Notes under the pieces: generated by a model
Told to the model about the DNA's origin: nothing
What the model saw: the letters and a program-made list of their open reading frames with translations, nothing else
Database searches by the model: none
Shown: piece by piece, positions 19,550 through 29,550 of the stretch
How the letters are laid out: the number at the start of each line of letters is the position of its first letter
Numbering within the stretch: position 1 is the first letter of the stretch
Translations under genes and position numbers: made by a program
IMG/VR virus record: IMGVR_UViG_3300037510_000655
Source of the DNA: a virus
DNA: 64,000 bases
Direction: 5' to 3' (one strand)

Positions 19550-20072
19550 ATGGGCGGCGGCTACAGAATTCCAGATTTCAATCACCTGCCCCACCTCATC
19601 CCCGCCGTCACCCCCAGCTCCGACGGTGTGATGTCGTCGGAGGACAAGACCTCGCTCAACAATCTCCTCTCCTACGGGGTGAACGCTCCCTCTGAGATCG
19701 TTCAGCTGGTCAGCGGCGCGACAACGTCGATTCTCACCATCGATTTCTCGAAGGTCCCTGACCTCAGCAGCGCGATCAAGATCCGCTACGCGGTCGAGTG
19801 CACCGACGGGGGTCAACGCGCAAATTCAGTCGGGTGACCTCAACGCCAACGTTGCTCGCACGAGTGGTGGCACCTACGCGACGTCGCAGACGCCGACCGG
19901 CTCGACCAATACGGTGACTTCGGGAGGAATGACGGTCACGTTCTCGTGGGCGACCGCGGGGAACATCGCTACACTGCGCGTGCAGGCGACGACGAACCTG
20001 ACGCCGACGTTGCTGGTGATCACGTTCAACGTCCCGTTCGCCACTCACCCCCTGGCGGTGACCATTCTCTAG
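19550..20072 (+). pseudogene. Fibre/spike-related gene split by a frameshift at a G5 run (19808-19812)
   Basis: Removing one G joins ..YAVECTDG to VNAQIQSGDLNANV..VTIL* (TAG 20070-20072). The N-terminus carries the fibre-type motif DGVMSSEDK. Confidence 0.6.
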
Positions 20073-20674
20073 TGCCCGAACAGGTGCATGAGCTTCTGCC
20101 AGAGCGCCACCGCACCACCACCAGCTCCTGCAGCTAGTGCCGGCCACCGACCGAACAACCAGACCTTCTTGGCCACCTTCACCAGCCCGCGCTGCTGCGC
20201 CGGCGTCAGTGACAGATCCTCGGGCTCGGGAGCGGCGACCGCGATCTTGCCCGTCTGCTCGCGGTAGGGCAGCTGCGTGCCCATTGGCGGCGTCGGGTCC
20301 CTGAGCATCCCTGCCTGCATCGCCTCGTACTTGGCGGTGCGCCACTCGTTGATCTTGTGCTCGATGGCGCGCAGACCCTCACGCGCAGTTTTCTCAGGCA
20401 ACCCGCGCAGAGCCGCGCCGATGCCCTCGACGCGCTGCTTGACGTCGTCGACGTCCTTGGCCAGCTCCTCGCGCTCGCGCGCCTCAGCGCGCTCCAGGCG
20501 TTCCTGGAGCCGGTCGTCCTGCTCGAGGGAGCGGGCGATGGCCGTGATGCTGCCCTCGATGTCCGACAACGCTCTAGCGTTGCTCGCGGTGCGGGCCTCG
20601 ATCTCGTCGACTCGTCGACGGTCGCGGTGCTGATTCTCCAGCACCTCGCGGAGCATCGCCTTCAGCTCGTCCAT
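20069..20674 (-). CDS. Coiled-coil protein with C-terminal TM helix (holin/XhlA-like candidate)
   Basis: Long coiled coil, then WLFGRWPALAAGAGGGAVALW; lies downstream of the amidase. Confidence 0.45.
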   Translation of the reverse strand: MDELKAMLREVLENQHRDRRRVDEIEARTASNARALSDIEGSITAIARSLEQDDRLQERLERAEAREREELAKDVDDVKQRVEGIGAALRGLPEKTAREGLRAIEHKINEWRTAKYEAMQAGMLRDPTPPMGTQLPYREQTGKIAVAAPEPEDLSLTPAQQRGLVKVAKKVWLFGRWPALAAGAGGGAVALWQKLMHLFGH

Positions 20675-20969
20675 GTTCCCCTCTTCGGCGCGCCATCTCG
20701 GCGCGGTGCTGCAAGAAGCTCTGTACGGCCGACTTCATCTCGCTCATGGTCGCCTCCTGCCCGCCGCCCTATTACTTGCTGATGTGGAAGAGCCCGACGG
20801 AGGCCAGGATGATGCCCCAGCCCCAGTTCGGGACGCCAAGAAGCGACTTCTTTTTCATGAAAGTGGAGAAGTGGTCAGGTCCGGGAGCATCACCGCGAAC
20901 GAGAGATCTTTCCTGGGATGGTCCGGGTTTTCCCTTGGTGCGCATAGAACCTACCTCCTAGTGCAGATT

Positions 20970-21545
20970 CTACACCAGGAGAGCAGGGGTCTCGATGATC
21001 TTCTTGCGGGCGACGTACACGAGGTCCCTGTATAGGTCCCAATTCCACCCGCATCCGTCGGGACAGCGCGTGTGCTTCGTGTTTGGGTCGGCGACGTTGT
21101 GACCCTTGACCGTCTTCTCGCTAGCCTCGAGCCCGGCGGCAGCGAGCAACCAGGCGACCAACTCGGCCGACTTCTCGTACATGATGCTCGAAGGGGGGAG
21201 TCCAGGATCATTCTTGCCCAGCTCGCCCGGCGTCCTCGCGCAATGCTCTACACCGACGCTACGCGAATTGGCGGTGTGCGCGTGATAGGCGGCGTAGCGC
21301 AGAGGCACGCACTGAATGATGGAGCCGTCCTGGTCGGTGATGAAGTGCGAGCTGCGCGGGGGTTCGCCGCGGGCTTTGAGGTTCTTGGCGAACATCTCGG
21401 CGACGGGAAGTGCGTAGCTGTGCCCGTCGGTGCAGTGAATCGTGATCTCTTCGTAAATCGACAGCCCTGCACGCCCGATGCGCAGCCCGTAGTTGCTCGG
21501 GTGCGCGGGCACGAACTTCGACGCCATCGGCACCTCGGGAATCAT
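20970..21545 (-). CDS. N-acetylmuramoyl-L-alanine amidase (Amidase_2 endolysin)
   Basis: ITIHCTDG, SSHFIT..G-x-I-x-QCV, AYHA..N-x-x-SVGVEH, GHNV, CP. Confidence 0.85.
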   Translation of the reverse strand: MIPEVPMASKFVPAHPSNYGLRIGRAGLSIYEEITIHCTDGHSYALPVAEMFAKNLKARGEPPRSSHFITDQDGSIIQCVPLRYAAYHAHTANSRSVGVEHCARTPGELGKNDPGLPPSSIMYEKSAELVAWLLAAAGLEASEKTVKGHNVADPNTKHTRCPDGCGWNWDLYRDLVYVARKKIIETPALLV

Positions 21546-21546
21546 C

Positions 21547-22188
21547 TCAGTATTCCTGCGTCCAGTGGTAGGCGTCGGTTGTAATCCAAGAGTGCGTGCC
21601 ATAACCCGCCGAGCTACCGCTCCACGTGGACGCCGCCTTGAAGCGCACACACGGCTTGAGCGGGGATCCACACCACGTCGAGTAGAGGTCGACGTAATCC
21701 CACGCGATGGCGCGCCAGTAGCCGAGGTTGGTGTCCCAGTTTGGGTACCCGATGTAGTAGGCCGGCGGGTAGCCGGCGTGGGTAGTGTCGGGATCGATCT
21801 GCGTCGGAAACTTGTCCCAGCAGTTGGTCGCTCCCTGCCACCCGGAGGCGTTGGGGTTGGCCACGTACTGGCTGGTGATGTCGATCAGCTCCTTCTCGCC
21901 CGTCCACATGAGCTGGTAGGCGGCGCGGAAGAAGTACCACGTCCCGTCGCTCATCGGCCCCAGCCATGCCGACGGCACGATGACGTCGTTGTTGTTGTTG
22001 GGATCGGTGTAGAAGCACGGCGCGATGGCAATGTGGTACGCCTGCTGCGAGCTGCCGGTGCCCGGCTCGTCGGAGCTGCCCGCTGGCGGAGCGGGGCCGA
22101 GGTCAGCACTGCAGCCGGCGATGACAAAGAAGGAGATGCAGGCGAGTGCGAGTGCCCAGATGACGACGATGGCGGTGCTGCGCTTCAT
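21547..22188 (-). CDS. Trp/Tyr-rich lipoprotein
   Basis: Hydrophobic leader ending in VIAGC lipobox. Confidence 0.6.
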   Translation of the reverse strand: MKRSTAIVVIWALALACISFFVIAGCSADLGPAPPAGSSDEPGTGSSQQAYHIAIAPCFYTDPNNNNDVIVPSAWLGPMSDGTWYFFRAAYQLMWTGEKELIDITSQYVANPNASGWQGATNCWDKFPTQIDPDTTHAGYPPAYYIGYPNWDTNLGYWRAIAWDYVDLYSTWCGSPLKPCVRFKAASTWSGSSAGYGTHSWITTDAYHWTQEY

Positions 22189-22479
22189 TTACTTCGGCTC
22201 CTTGTCGTTGGCGGCGTCGCTCTTGTCGAACTTGTCATGCAGGAACTTCTCCGTCTCGGCGTCGAGCTTGGCCGACTCGGCGCGGGGATCGGCGAGCGCG
22301 GCGAGCATCGCCGAGAACTTGCCCTCAGCGACCTTGTCCGCCTCCTCGGCGGTGATCTTGTCGTTGCGCCAGTCCTCGAACGCCTGCTGCACGAGCGGCT
22401 CGACGAAGGTGACGCCGAACTTGACCAGCCACATGAAGAAGTCACCGAGGCTCATGCCGAGAACAGTCGTGTCGCTCAC
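22189..22479 (-). CDS. Small membrane-associated protein
   Basis: Hydrophobic N-terminal segment; coupled to its neighbours. Confidence 0.5.
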   Translation of the reverse strand: MSDTTVLGMSLGDFFMWLVKFGVTFVEPLVQQAFEDWRNDKITAEEADKVAEGKFSAMLAALADPRAESAKLDAETEKFLHDKFDKSDAANDKEPK

Positions 22480-23408
22480 CGGGCACCTCCGAGGGCGATG
22501 AATTCACATCCGATCTGGTGGAAACGCACACCGCCGCTTGGCTCCGAGAAGAACGTGTAGCATTTGTGCACGCGCGCCATCTCCCGCGCGTAGCCTCGCT
22601 GCACCGCCTGCGTCACCGACTTCGACTCCACGGTCGGCGGCGCCCACTTGACGCTGACACCAAACTCGGAGAGCACACCCACCATCGTCGTGATGGCGGT
22701 GATGACCTCCATGATCAGACCGTTCCAGTCCTTGCGCCTGGTCGCGCCGGTGGCGACGAGTGCCTCGCTGTACTTGCGTACGGCCTCGCGCCCGATGATG
22801 AGCGCAGCGTCCACCTTGGCCTCGGTGGAGCGCACCTTGTCGAGCTGGGCGAGACCGTCCTGGTAGGACGTGGCGCTCGTGCGGATGTTGTCGTGCATCA
22901 TCTGCCGGATCTGTGACCAGCCCGCGTGCGCGTCGACGACCACGTCCGAGACCTCACCCTTGACCTGCAGCGCGCGGACGTACTCGTTGGTCGGCCCGCA
23001 ACCTGCGAGGAAGAAGGCGAGGGCCATACCGACGGCGAAGATGCACAGCATCACGCCGATGTCGATTGCACCGACGTCACCACTCGAGCGCTTGGGCGAC
23101 TCCTCGTTGAGGATCTTGCGCGCCTGCTCGACGGGGTCGGCCGCCGGCCTCTGCGTGTAGCTGAGAAAGGGCACCGCCTTGCCCGGCACCACCGACCGGA
23201 CCTGGCCCTCCAACTCGCTCTCCCACGAGGGCCAGTTGACGAAGAGAAAGTGCAGCACTTTCACGTACCATTTCGCCCCCTGCGGAGGGATCGGGTACTT
23301 CTTGGCCAGCGCGTTGGCGAGCTTGACCGATCCAGCGAGGAGGACGAGCGTGATGGCGGTGCCGAGATGGGCGACCAGGTAGCTTGCGACGAGTTCCCCT
23401 GCGTTCAT
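22476..23408 (-). CDS. Multi-TM protein with an internal lipobox-like LAGC and a helical periplasmic domain (holin/spanin-like candidate)
   Basis: Several hydrophobic helices; FFLAGCGP; located in the lysis cassette. Confidence 0.45.
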   Translation of the reverse strand: MNAGELVASYLVAHLGTAITLVLLAGSVKLANALAKKYPIPPQGAKWYVKVLHFLFVNWPSWESELEGQVRSVVPGKAVPFLSYTQRPAADPVEQARKILNEESPKRSSGDVGAIDIGVMLCIFAVGMALAFFLAGCGPTNEYVRALQVKGEVSDVVVDAHAGWSQIRQMMHDNIRTSATSYQDGLAQLDKVRSTEAKVDAALIIGREAVRKYSEALVATGATRRKDWNGLIMEVITAITTMVGVLSEFGVSVKWAPPTVESKSVTQAVQRGYAREMARVHKCYTFFSEPSGGVRFHQIGCEFIALGGAR

Positions 23409-23486
23409 TTGGTGCTCCTTCGGACAAAGATTACACGATCTGCGCTACAGAAATAAATCGGGGAAAATTTGCTCAGGTGAGCAAAT

Positions 23487-23828
23487 CTACTTTTTGGTGG
23501 GAGCTGTCGGTTTGACGGGCGTCCTACTGATGGCGCCCTCGGGGCTCACCGTCACAGCGCCGGTGTCGAGATCGTCGAGGGTGAACTTGTACCGCTTGGC
23601 GACGTCGGCGAGCTTCGCCCGCTGCTCGTTGATCTGCATGTTCGCGGAGAGCTGGATGACCTGGATGCGCTGCTGCGCGCCGTAGAACTTGGCCGCGTCC
23701 AAATCGTTCATCTGCGCAGGCGGTGCAGGTGTCTCAGCCGCGGCCGGCTCATCGAACACGAGCGAGCAGCAGAAGACGAACGCGAAGATGATGGAGCTGA
23801 TGCCGATGTAGGTGAAGATTCGCTGCAT
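23487..23828 (-). CDS. Secreted/membrane small protein
   Basis: GGAGG RBS; N-terminal hydrophobic helix. Confidence 0.55.
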   Translation of the reverse strand: MQRIFTYIGISSIIFAFVFCCSLVFDEPAAAETPAPPAQMNDLDAAKFYGAQQRIQVIQLSANMQINEQRAKLADVAKRYKFTLDDLDTGAVTVSPEGAISRTPVKPTAPTKK

Positions 23829-23851
23829 GTGGCCTCCCTGGTTGAGGGAGG

Positions 23852-23869
23852 TGTATAACATTTAGCAGT
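23852..23869 (-). promoter_or_regulatory. Conserved 18-bp promoter motif ACTGCTAAATGTTATACA (copy 1)
   Basis: Identical 18-mer at 31995-32012; contains an extended -10-like TGnTATACA; lies 24 nt upstream of ATG 23828. Confidence 0.7.
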
Positions 23870-23886
23870 TAAACATGCAATCGAAG

Positions 23887-25515
23887 TTACGGGATGAGAG
23901 CGGCGGCGACCTCGTTGTACTGCAGGATCGCAGGCCCGGCGCCGAGCGACTGCTGCGCGATGGCGCCCGTCGCTGTGATGTACGCGTTCCAGCCGACGGG
24001 TCCGGTCGAGAAGACGTTCGCGGTGCGCGTGCAAACGAGGGTGCTGTCGATGTAGAACTTCACCGTCTTCGTCCCGCCTGCGACGGTGGTGCCCGAGCCG
24101 TAGTATTCGATGCGCAGCATCTGGACGTTGGTGGTGAAGGCAACGGTCGTGTCGACGGGCGTGTTGGCCGCGCCATCGTCGGTGACGCAGAACCAATTCG
24201 CCGACGCGCTCGTCTTCTGGAAGTAGTAGCCACCCGGGTTGGCCGCCGTCAGGTTCGAGTTGACCAAGCCGACCTTGACCGTGTACGCGCTGTTCGCTCC
24301 GGTGCCGGCGGTCGAGACGTTGACCGGCTCCTCGAAGACGATCTCGAGGTTGGTTAGGTTTTGCGGATTCACGAACTGGATGGAGCGCGCGAGCGTGAAG
24401 TTGGTGCTCGCGGTGCCCGACCCCAGCGACAGACCGTTGACGGGGGAGTTCGCCGCCAGCCCAGACGACGCCACGCTGCCGGTGGCGTTCGCGCTCGTCG
24501 AGTAGATCCAGTCGGGCGAGCAGCCTGTTGGGGTCTGGTTGGTCTGCGAGGCGGTGAGTGTGATGCTGGTCGACGCCCCGAGGCCACACAGGAACGACAG
24601 CTGGTACTTGTAGTTGCTGCCCAGGCTCGGTAGGCCCTCGACGTCGACGCCGTAGCGCGCGTTGCCGGACGAGTCGCTCCACGAGGCAATCGCCGCGGTC
24701 GTGCTCGCCTTCGCCTTGTTGTTGAGGACGCCAACGAACGCCCCGGTCCAGTAGAAGGAGGCGCTGCCGAGAGTGAGACCTGTACCGAAGCTTGTGCGCG
24801 GCCGCACCTCCGCGTTGAAGTCGGCGACGCCGTTGTTCGGGTCGAAGGTGACGGCGGTGCTGGTGACGGCCATACTACCGGCGCCGAAGTTGAGGCGCGC
24901 GGCCAGGCCCGTCGTACCTAGCGTGAGCTTGGCCGAGCCGCCGGTGTCCTGGATGACCGCGCCATCCACTGTGTTGATGTTGCCGGGGCCGGTGACCGAG
25001 AGCCTCTCTGCGCCGCCAGTGAGGACACGCAAAATTTTCGACGTCGCGTTGGACCAGCTGACGAAGGTGTCGACGCCCAGGCCGACCGAGGCCGCGCCGT
25101 CCGCCGCGCCAGAGCGGATGAACTGCTGCGACGTGGGTGTGATGCTGAGGAAGCTCGAGCCGCCGTTGTTCTGCACTGCAAAGAGCGGCGAGCCCGAGCT
25201 GGGCGAGCTGTCACGCACGATGACCGGACCGCGCGTGGAGTCGAGCAGCATGATCGACGATGCCGTGCCTGTACCGGCCGCGTAGGTGGATGCCAGCGTC
25301 GCTGTCGTGCCGAACGTGACGTAGGCTGCGCCGTTGAGCGACGCCTCGATCACGTTGGTGCCCGAGTTGTAGCGCAGCCTCGCGTGGCTGGCCGCGGACA
25401 CCGCCTGCGCGTTGTTGGCGCTGAAGTCGATGCCGAAGACGTTGGACGGCTGCGACTGCGCTGCCGCGAGCGCCGGGAGCAGCAGAATCGCGAGCGCTGC
25501 GAGGAGCTTCTTCAC
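23887..25515 (-). CDS. Beta-rich spike/fibre-like protein with a Sec signal peptide and lectin-like C-terminal domain
   Basis: MKKLLAALAILLLPALAAA leader; S/T/G/A-rich beta strands; ConA-like pattern WFCVTDDG..LRIEY..VKFYIDSTLV. Confidence 0.55.
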   Translation of the reverse strand: MKKLLAALAILLLPALAAAQSQPSNVFGIDFSANNAQAVSAASHARLRYNSGTNVIEASLNGAAYVTFGTTATLASTYAAGTGTASSIMLLDSTRGPVIVRDSSPSSGSPLFAVQNNGGSSFLSITPTSQQFIRSGAADGAASVGLGVDTFVSWSNATSKILRVLTGGAERLSVTGPGNINTVDGAVIQDTGGSAKLTLGTTGLAARLNFGAGSMAVTSTAVTFDPNNGVADFNAEVRPRTSFGTGLTLGSASFYWTGAFVGVLNNKAKASTTAAIASWSDSSGNARYGVDVEGLPSLGSNYKYQLSFLCGLGASTSITLTASQTNQTPTGCSPDWIYSTSANATGSVASSGLAANSPVNGLSLGSGTASTNFTLARSIQFVNPQNLTNLEIVFEEPVNVSTAGTGANSAYTVKVGLVNSNLTAANPGGYYFQKTSASANWFCVTDDGAANTPVDTTVAFTTNVQMLRIEYYGSGTTVAGGTKTVKFYIDSTLVCTRTANVFSTGPVGWNAYITATGAIAQQSLGAGPAILQYNEVAAALIP

Positions 25516-25525
25516 GGGGTCCTCC

Positions 25526-27829
25526 TTACGGGCTGGGAATGGACAGCTGCGACCACAGGGCGGTCGTGCCCGTCTTGGTCACGCCCATCCAGATGGTGTT
25601 GTCGTCGGTCTTGATGACCAGCTCGCCGACGTAGTAGGGCTTGGCGGCGGTCAGGGTCGCGAAGGTAGAGAACCGCCGCTTCATGTCGTAGATGTCGACG
25701 GTGGGGTTGTTCGAGCCGTAGTTGTCGTTGTTCGGCCCCCACTGGTACCAGGCCGCCTCGGCGAAGAAGTTGTCGTCGGTGGTGGTGATGTTGCCAGCGC
25801 CCGCCGGGAACGTGCGCGACAGGCTCGATCCCTGCACGCGGTACTTGGCGTAGACCGCGTTCATCTTGAACGTCGGGTTGCCTGCCGGCGTGAAGCCCGC
25901 CACGTTGAATAGTTCGTCGGTGATGCCGACGGCGTCGATGTCGAACTCAACCACGTCAGCGTTCGCCGTCCAGTTGGTGGCGTCGATCAACCAGCACCGG
26001 TGGCAGTTGCTGAGATAGCCCGTCATCCTGAGCTTGGAGAAGCCGCCCGTCGCACCTGCAGCTGTTGGTCCTGATACGCGCCACGGAGAAAAACCGTTCG
26101 CGCAGTTGGCGAAGTTGAAGTCGAGAATTGAGCCGGCACCAGAGCGCATGCGCACACCGTTGTAGTTGAAGGCGCTGCCGGAGTTCGTGCAGTCGAAGTC
26201 GAGGCGCGAGAACGTGGCGGTGATCACGAACGCGGACATGTTGGTCGCGAAATCGATGATGGCGTGATCATCGGTGCCCGCCCTCGTCGTCGAAACGTTG
26301 CGCACCTTGATGTTGTCCCAGACCCATTCGGAGGGGGTGCTGGTGTCGGGGTTACTGAACCTGGCGACCGAGATCACGAGATCGCAGTTGGTTCCGTTTT
26401 CTAGGGTGATGTCGCGCAAGGTCACGTTGCGCGGCGGCAAATTGTTGAAGTTGACGTCGTTCTGAATGAGGATGAACGGCGCTGAGTCGACCCCCTCGAT
26501 ATAGAGCTGACTGACATCGCACTCGGAGTAGATGCGCGCCCCGCGAAAATAATTCTGCTGCGCGACGCGGCCGGGTGAGGCGGTGTCGCCGCACACGTAG
26601 CGCTCGCCGATGCAGGTCGACTTGAACGTGCCGCCGTAGGTGATGGGCACGCCGCCCCCTGATCCCGACCCGTCGCCGTTGAACGTCTGCAACACCATGC
26701 CGTCGGGCACCTGGTAGCCCGCGGCGCTGTTGTTGGTCCGCTGGATGCCGACGTTGCCGATGCGCTCGTACCAGCCGCCCTCGCACCAGAAGTGCGCGCA
26801 GTGGAACGAGGCGGCCGGCGAGCGCGAGTAGCCGACGTTGAGCGAGTAGCAGTTGATCATCTTGCCCGGGAAGCACATGCGCTGGAAGAAACCCTCGACC
26901 TGACACTCCTCCGCCGAGCAGTTGACGAAGCTGACGTCGTAGTTCGGCAGGTTGTTGCCGTCGGTGGACGCGATCCACGGCATCTCGAGCTGCGCGGCGG
27001 TGAACGTGCCGAGCGCCTCGCGGAACTGGATGCCGGACCGGTCGCCGTCGTTGCCGTTGGCACCCACCGCCGGGTACGCCGCCGACACGCCGTCCCGGTA
27101 GTGCCTGGTGCCGTTGGCCAACCACGTGGTGCAGTTCTCGCCGCTGATGCCGTTGACGGTATTGTCGTGGGTGTAGACGTTGAACACCTCGGCGCGCTGC
27201 ACCTGCGCGAACACGATTCCGTTGAGGTAGCCGTTCTTGACCTCGATGTCGCCGGCGATGACGACGTCGCTGCACGGGGTCAAGTTATCTGTGCCGGCCA
27301 CGAACTCGAGGCAGCCGTTGAAGCGACGGCCCGCTGATGTAACTGCGTTGGTACCGCGACCGAAGTTCGGCTGCGTCGCCGGGTAGGTTTGGTTGTCGCG
27401 GTTGCCGTCGACGGTGAGCCTGCCGCAGAGGTAGAAGCCCTGCACACCACGCGTCTGCATGAAGGGCACGAAATTGTCGTGGCTGGCGTCGGTGTTGACG
27501 ATGGCGCCGTTGGCGATGCGCCACGTCGTGTTGTAGCAGACTATGTAGTGGCAGAGCGTGTTGATGATCGGCGCCGAGATCTCGTAGGTGCGGTCGGGGA
27601 AGGCCAGCGGCAGTCCTGAGTCGACGGCCAGCTGAATGGTGCCCTGGTCGGTCACACCGGCGGGCCGGAACCACTCGACGTTGGTCGGGACCACGGAGCC
27701 GCCCGGCGCCAGGTGGTCGAGGATGTACTTGTCCAGGGCCGACATCATGCCGTCGGCGTCCTCGGTCGCTGCGTGGAAGATGTGGCTCCCGATGGCGAAC
27801 GTCGGGATCTTGTACCTGGTGTCGGCCAC
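25526..27829 (-). CDS. Right-handed beta-helix depolymerase / receptor-binding spike
   Basis: IQLAVDSG..FPDRTYEIS, LTVDGNRDNQ, repeated N/G/I-rich coils typical of the pectate-lyase-like fold. Confidence 0.75.
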   Translation of the reverse strand: MADTRYKIPTFAIGSHIFHAATEDADGMMSALDKYILDHLAPGGSVVPTNVEWFRPAGVTDQGTIQLAVDSGLPLAFPDRTYEISAPIINTLCHYIVCYNTTWRIANGAIVNTDASHDNFVPFMQTRGVQGFYLCGRLTVDGNRDNQTYPATQPNFGRGTNAVTSAGRRFNGCLEFVAGTDNLTPCSDVVIAGDIEVKNGYLNGIVFAQVQRAEVFNVYTHDNTVNGISGENCTTWLANGTRHYRDGVSAAYPAVGANGNDGDRSGIQFREALGTFTAAQLEMPWIASTDGNNLPNYDVSFVNCSAEECQVEGFFQRMCFPGKMINCYSLNVGYSRSPAASFHCAHFWCEGGWYERIGNVGIQRTNNSAAGYQVPDGMVLQTFNGDGSGSGGGVPITYGGTFKSTCIGERYVCGDTASPGRVAQQNYFRGARIYSECDVSQLYIEGVDSAPFILIQNDVNFNNLPPRNVTLRDITLENGTNCDLVISVARFSNPDTSTPSEWVWDNIKVRNVSTTRAGTDDHAIIDFATNMSAFVITATFSRLDFDCTNSGSAFNYNGVRMRSGAGSILDFNFANCANGFSPWRVSGPTAAGATGGFSKLRMTGYLSNCHRCWLIDATNWTANADVVEFDIDAVGITDELFNVAGFTPAGNPTFKMNAVYAKYRVQGSSLSRTFPAGAGNITTTDDNFFAEAAWYQWGPNNDNYGSNNPTVDIYDMKRRFSTFATLTAAKPYYVGELVIKTDDNTIWMGVTKTGTTALWSQLSIPSP

Positions 27830-27846
27830 GAGAGCCCCCTACCCGA

Positions 27847-28221
27847 TTAGTTCGATTGGTTGTTCAGCCGCAGGTCGACGATGTTGAAGAAGGTGTTGAT
27901 CTGCTTCTGCGTCGTCGACGGCAGGACGTTGGTCAGATTCGGCGAGATGGTCGCCGCCGGCGTGAAGCTCACGAGGCCGCTCGAGGCCGGCGGCGGGATC
28001 GCCATCGGCGGAGCAGCTGCAGGAACGGCGGTTCCTCCGTTGAGCGAGGTCAGGAGCGTGTTCGGCCCCTGAGGCACGAGCGGAGGGTAGGAGCCCTGCG
28101 CGAACACGGACCAGCCGCGGCTCGCCGGCACGGGGCCGCTGAAGGTCAGCGCCTCGACGTTGGCGACGCGCGGGAACGGCGGATAGAGCAGCCAGGGCCA
28201 GATGGTCGCGTTGAACGGCAT
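27847..28221 (-). CDS. Pro-rich hypothetical protein (possible virion component)
   Basis: Co-oriented ORF upstream of the spike genes. Confidence 0.5.
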   Translation of the reverse strand: MPFNATIWPWLLYPPFPRVANVEALTFSGPVPASRGWSVFAQGSYPPLVPQGPNTLLTSLNGGTAVPAAAPPMAIPPPASSGLVSFTPAATISPNLTNVLPSTTQKQINTFFNIVDLRLNNQSN

Positions 28222-28223
28222 GG

Positions 28224-28547
28224 TCAGTCCCTCCTCATCGATTCGGCGCCGCGGTTGTACGTCTCCCGCATCTCGCGCCAGAAGTTGCCGAAGCCCTCGG
28301 CCTTGATGCGGTCGACGACGGCGCCGACCTTCTCGCCGAGAATTTCGTGCACGGCCGAGGCGCGCTTCTTCAGCTCGTCCAGCCCGTTGGCGGCGACCTG
28401 TCCGACGATGTCGGTGACGACCGCGGCGGCGTCCTTCGACACGTGGTCGACGACGCGCTTGGCAGCGTCGACGGGGTTCTTCGCGCCGCGGAGCGCGCCC
28501 TCGGAAATGAGGGCCAGGATGTAGCCTTTCAGGAATTCACGCCTCAT
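28224..28547 (-). CDS. Small amphipathic helical protein
   Basis: GGGAGG RBS; carries an EILG motif like the structural-block proteins. Confidence 0.5.
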   Translation of the reverse strand: MRREFLKGYILALISEGALRGAKNPVDAAKRVVDHVSKDAAAVVTDIVGQVAANGLDELKKRASAVHEILGEKVGAVVDRIKAEGFGNFWREMRETYNRGAESMRRD

Positions 28548-29550
28548 CTAGTGGGAGGGTAACACGAATCCGCGACTGGTGTCGATTGTAGCTGCGAAAA
28601 CGGTCAGGTTTATGCATACTGCCGCGATGCTCTGGTTTTTCATCGGCTGGTACGGCTTGCCCAAGCTCCTCAGGAAGCTCAAGAAGAAGAGCGCGCCCTC
28701 GACGGAGCACCTGAACTAGATGCACTGGCAGGGCTGGATGTACGAGGCGTTGTACATGCCCATGGACGCTGCTCTTCGCGCTCGCTCAACCCCTCCAATC
28801 ACAGGAGGCCGGCATGAGCAAGCAGATGCAGCTGGGCAAGGGCGCGAGGGGCTGGGAGCACCGGAGCGAGCACAAGCGGCGGGGACGCAAAGCCGAGAGG
28901 CGGCGGATCCAGCAGCTGGCGACTAGGGAGCTGCAGCTCGAGACGAGCCCGCGTCGGCGCTATCGATTCTGGTACTGAGAAGCAAGAGCGCGGTCGGGTG
29001 ATTCATGACCGTTACCGAGGCGGCGTCGCAGGATCTCCCTGCGCACCACAGCCCGACCGCGCGCTCCCTGCCAGGGTTCAAGCCTTACCTGGCATGGCTA
29101 TTCCGAGACGGGTTTTGCCGCCCCACGCGACCGCCTCGGGAATTCGCTCTTCGGTGGCCGCACCCACCCGTATTTGCGCCGATGCGCCTCGAGCATTTCG
29201 TGCAGCCAGAACACCCACCCAATCGTCCACCACGTGGCGCCGCATTCGAGACACTCGCATAGGTACGGCCACCTGCGCTCGTGCTTGATCGGCAGCGTCT
29301 TGCACCCGCACGGGCTCCGGTAGTAGATCGGCGTCTTACCCACCGATCTTCTCCTCGCAGATGGCGCATACGTCGTCTCGGCTCTGCTCGCAGGGTCTGC
29401 TGGTGCAGTCGTTCGCACATGCGCGGTTCCACAGCGACTCGGGGATGTGCTCGTCCATCCAGCACACGGCCAGCTGGTGGTCGCAGTCGATGCAGACAAC
29501 CGCCAGCGTCTGGTCGCAGACATCTACGGTCAGGCGCTCGTGCTTGCATA

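Noticed and set aside
25526-27829. Beta-helix spike as proof of a tailed phage
   Set aside because: Depolymerase spikes also occur on tailless virions, and no tail tube, sheath, baseplate or tape-measure gene accompanies it in this window.
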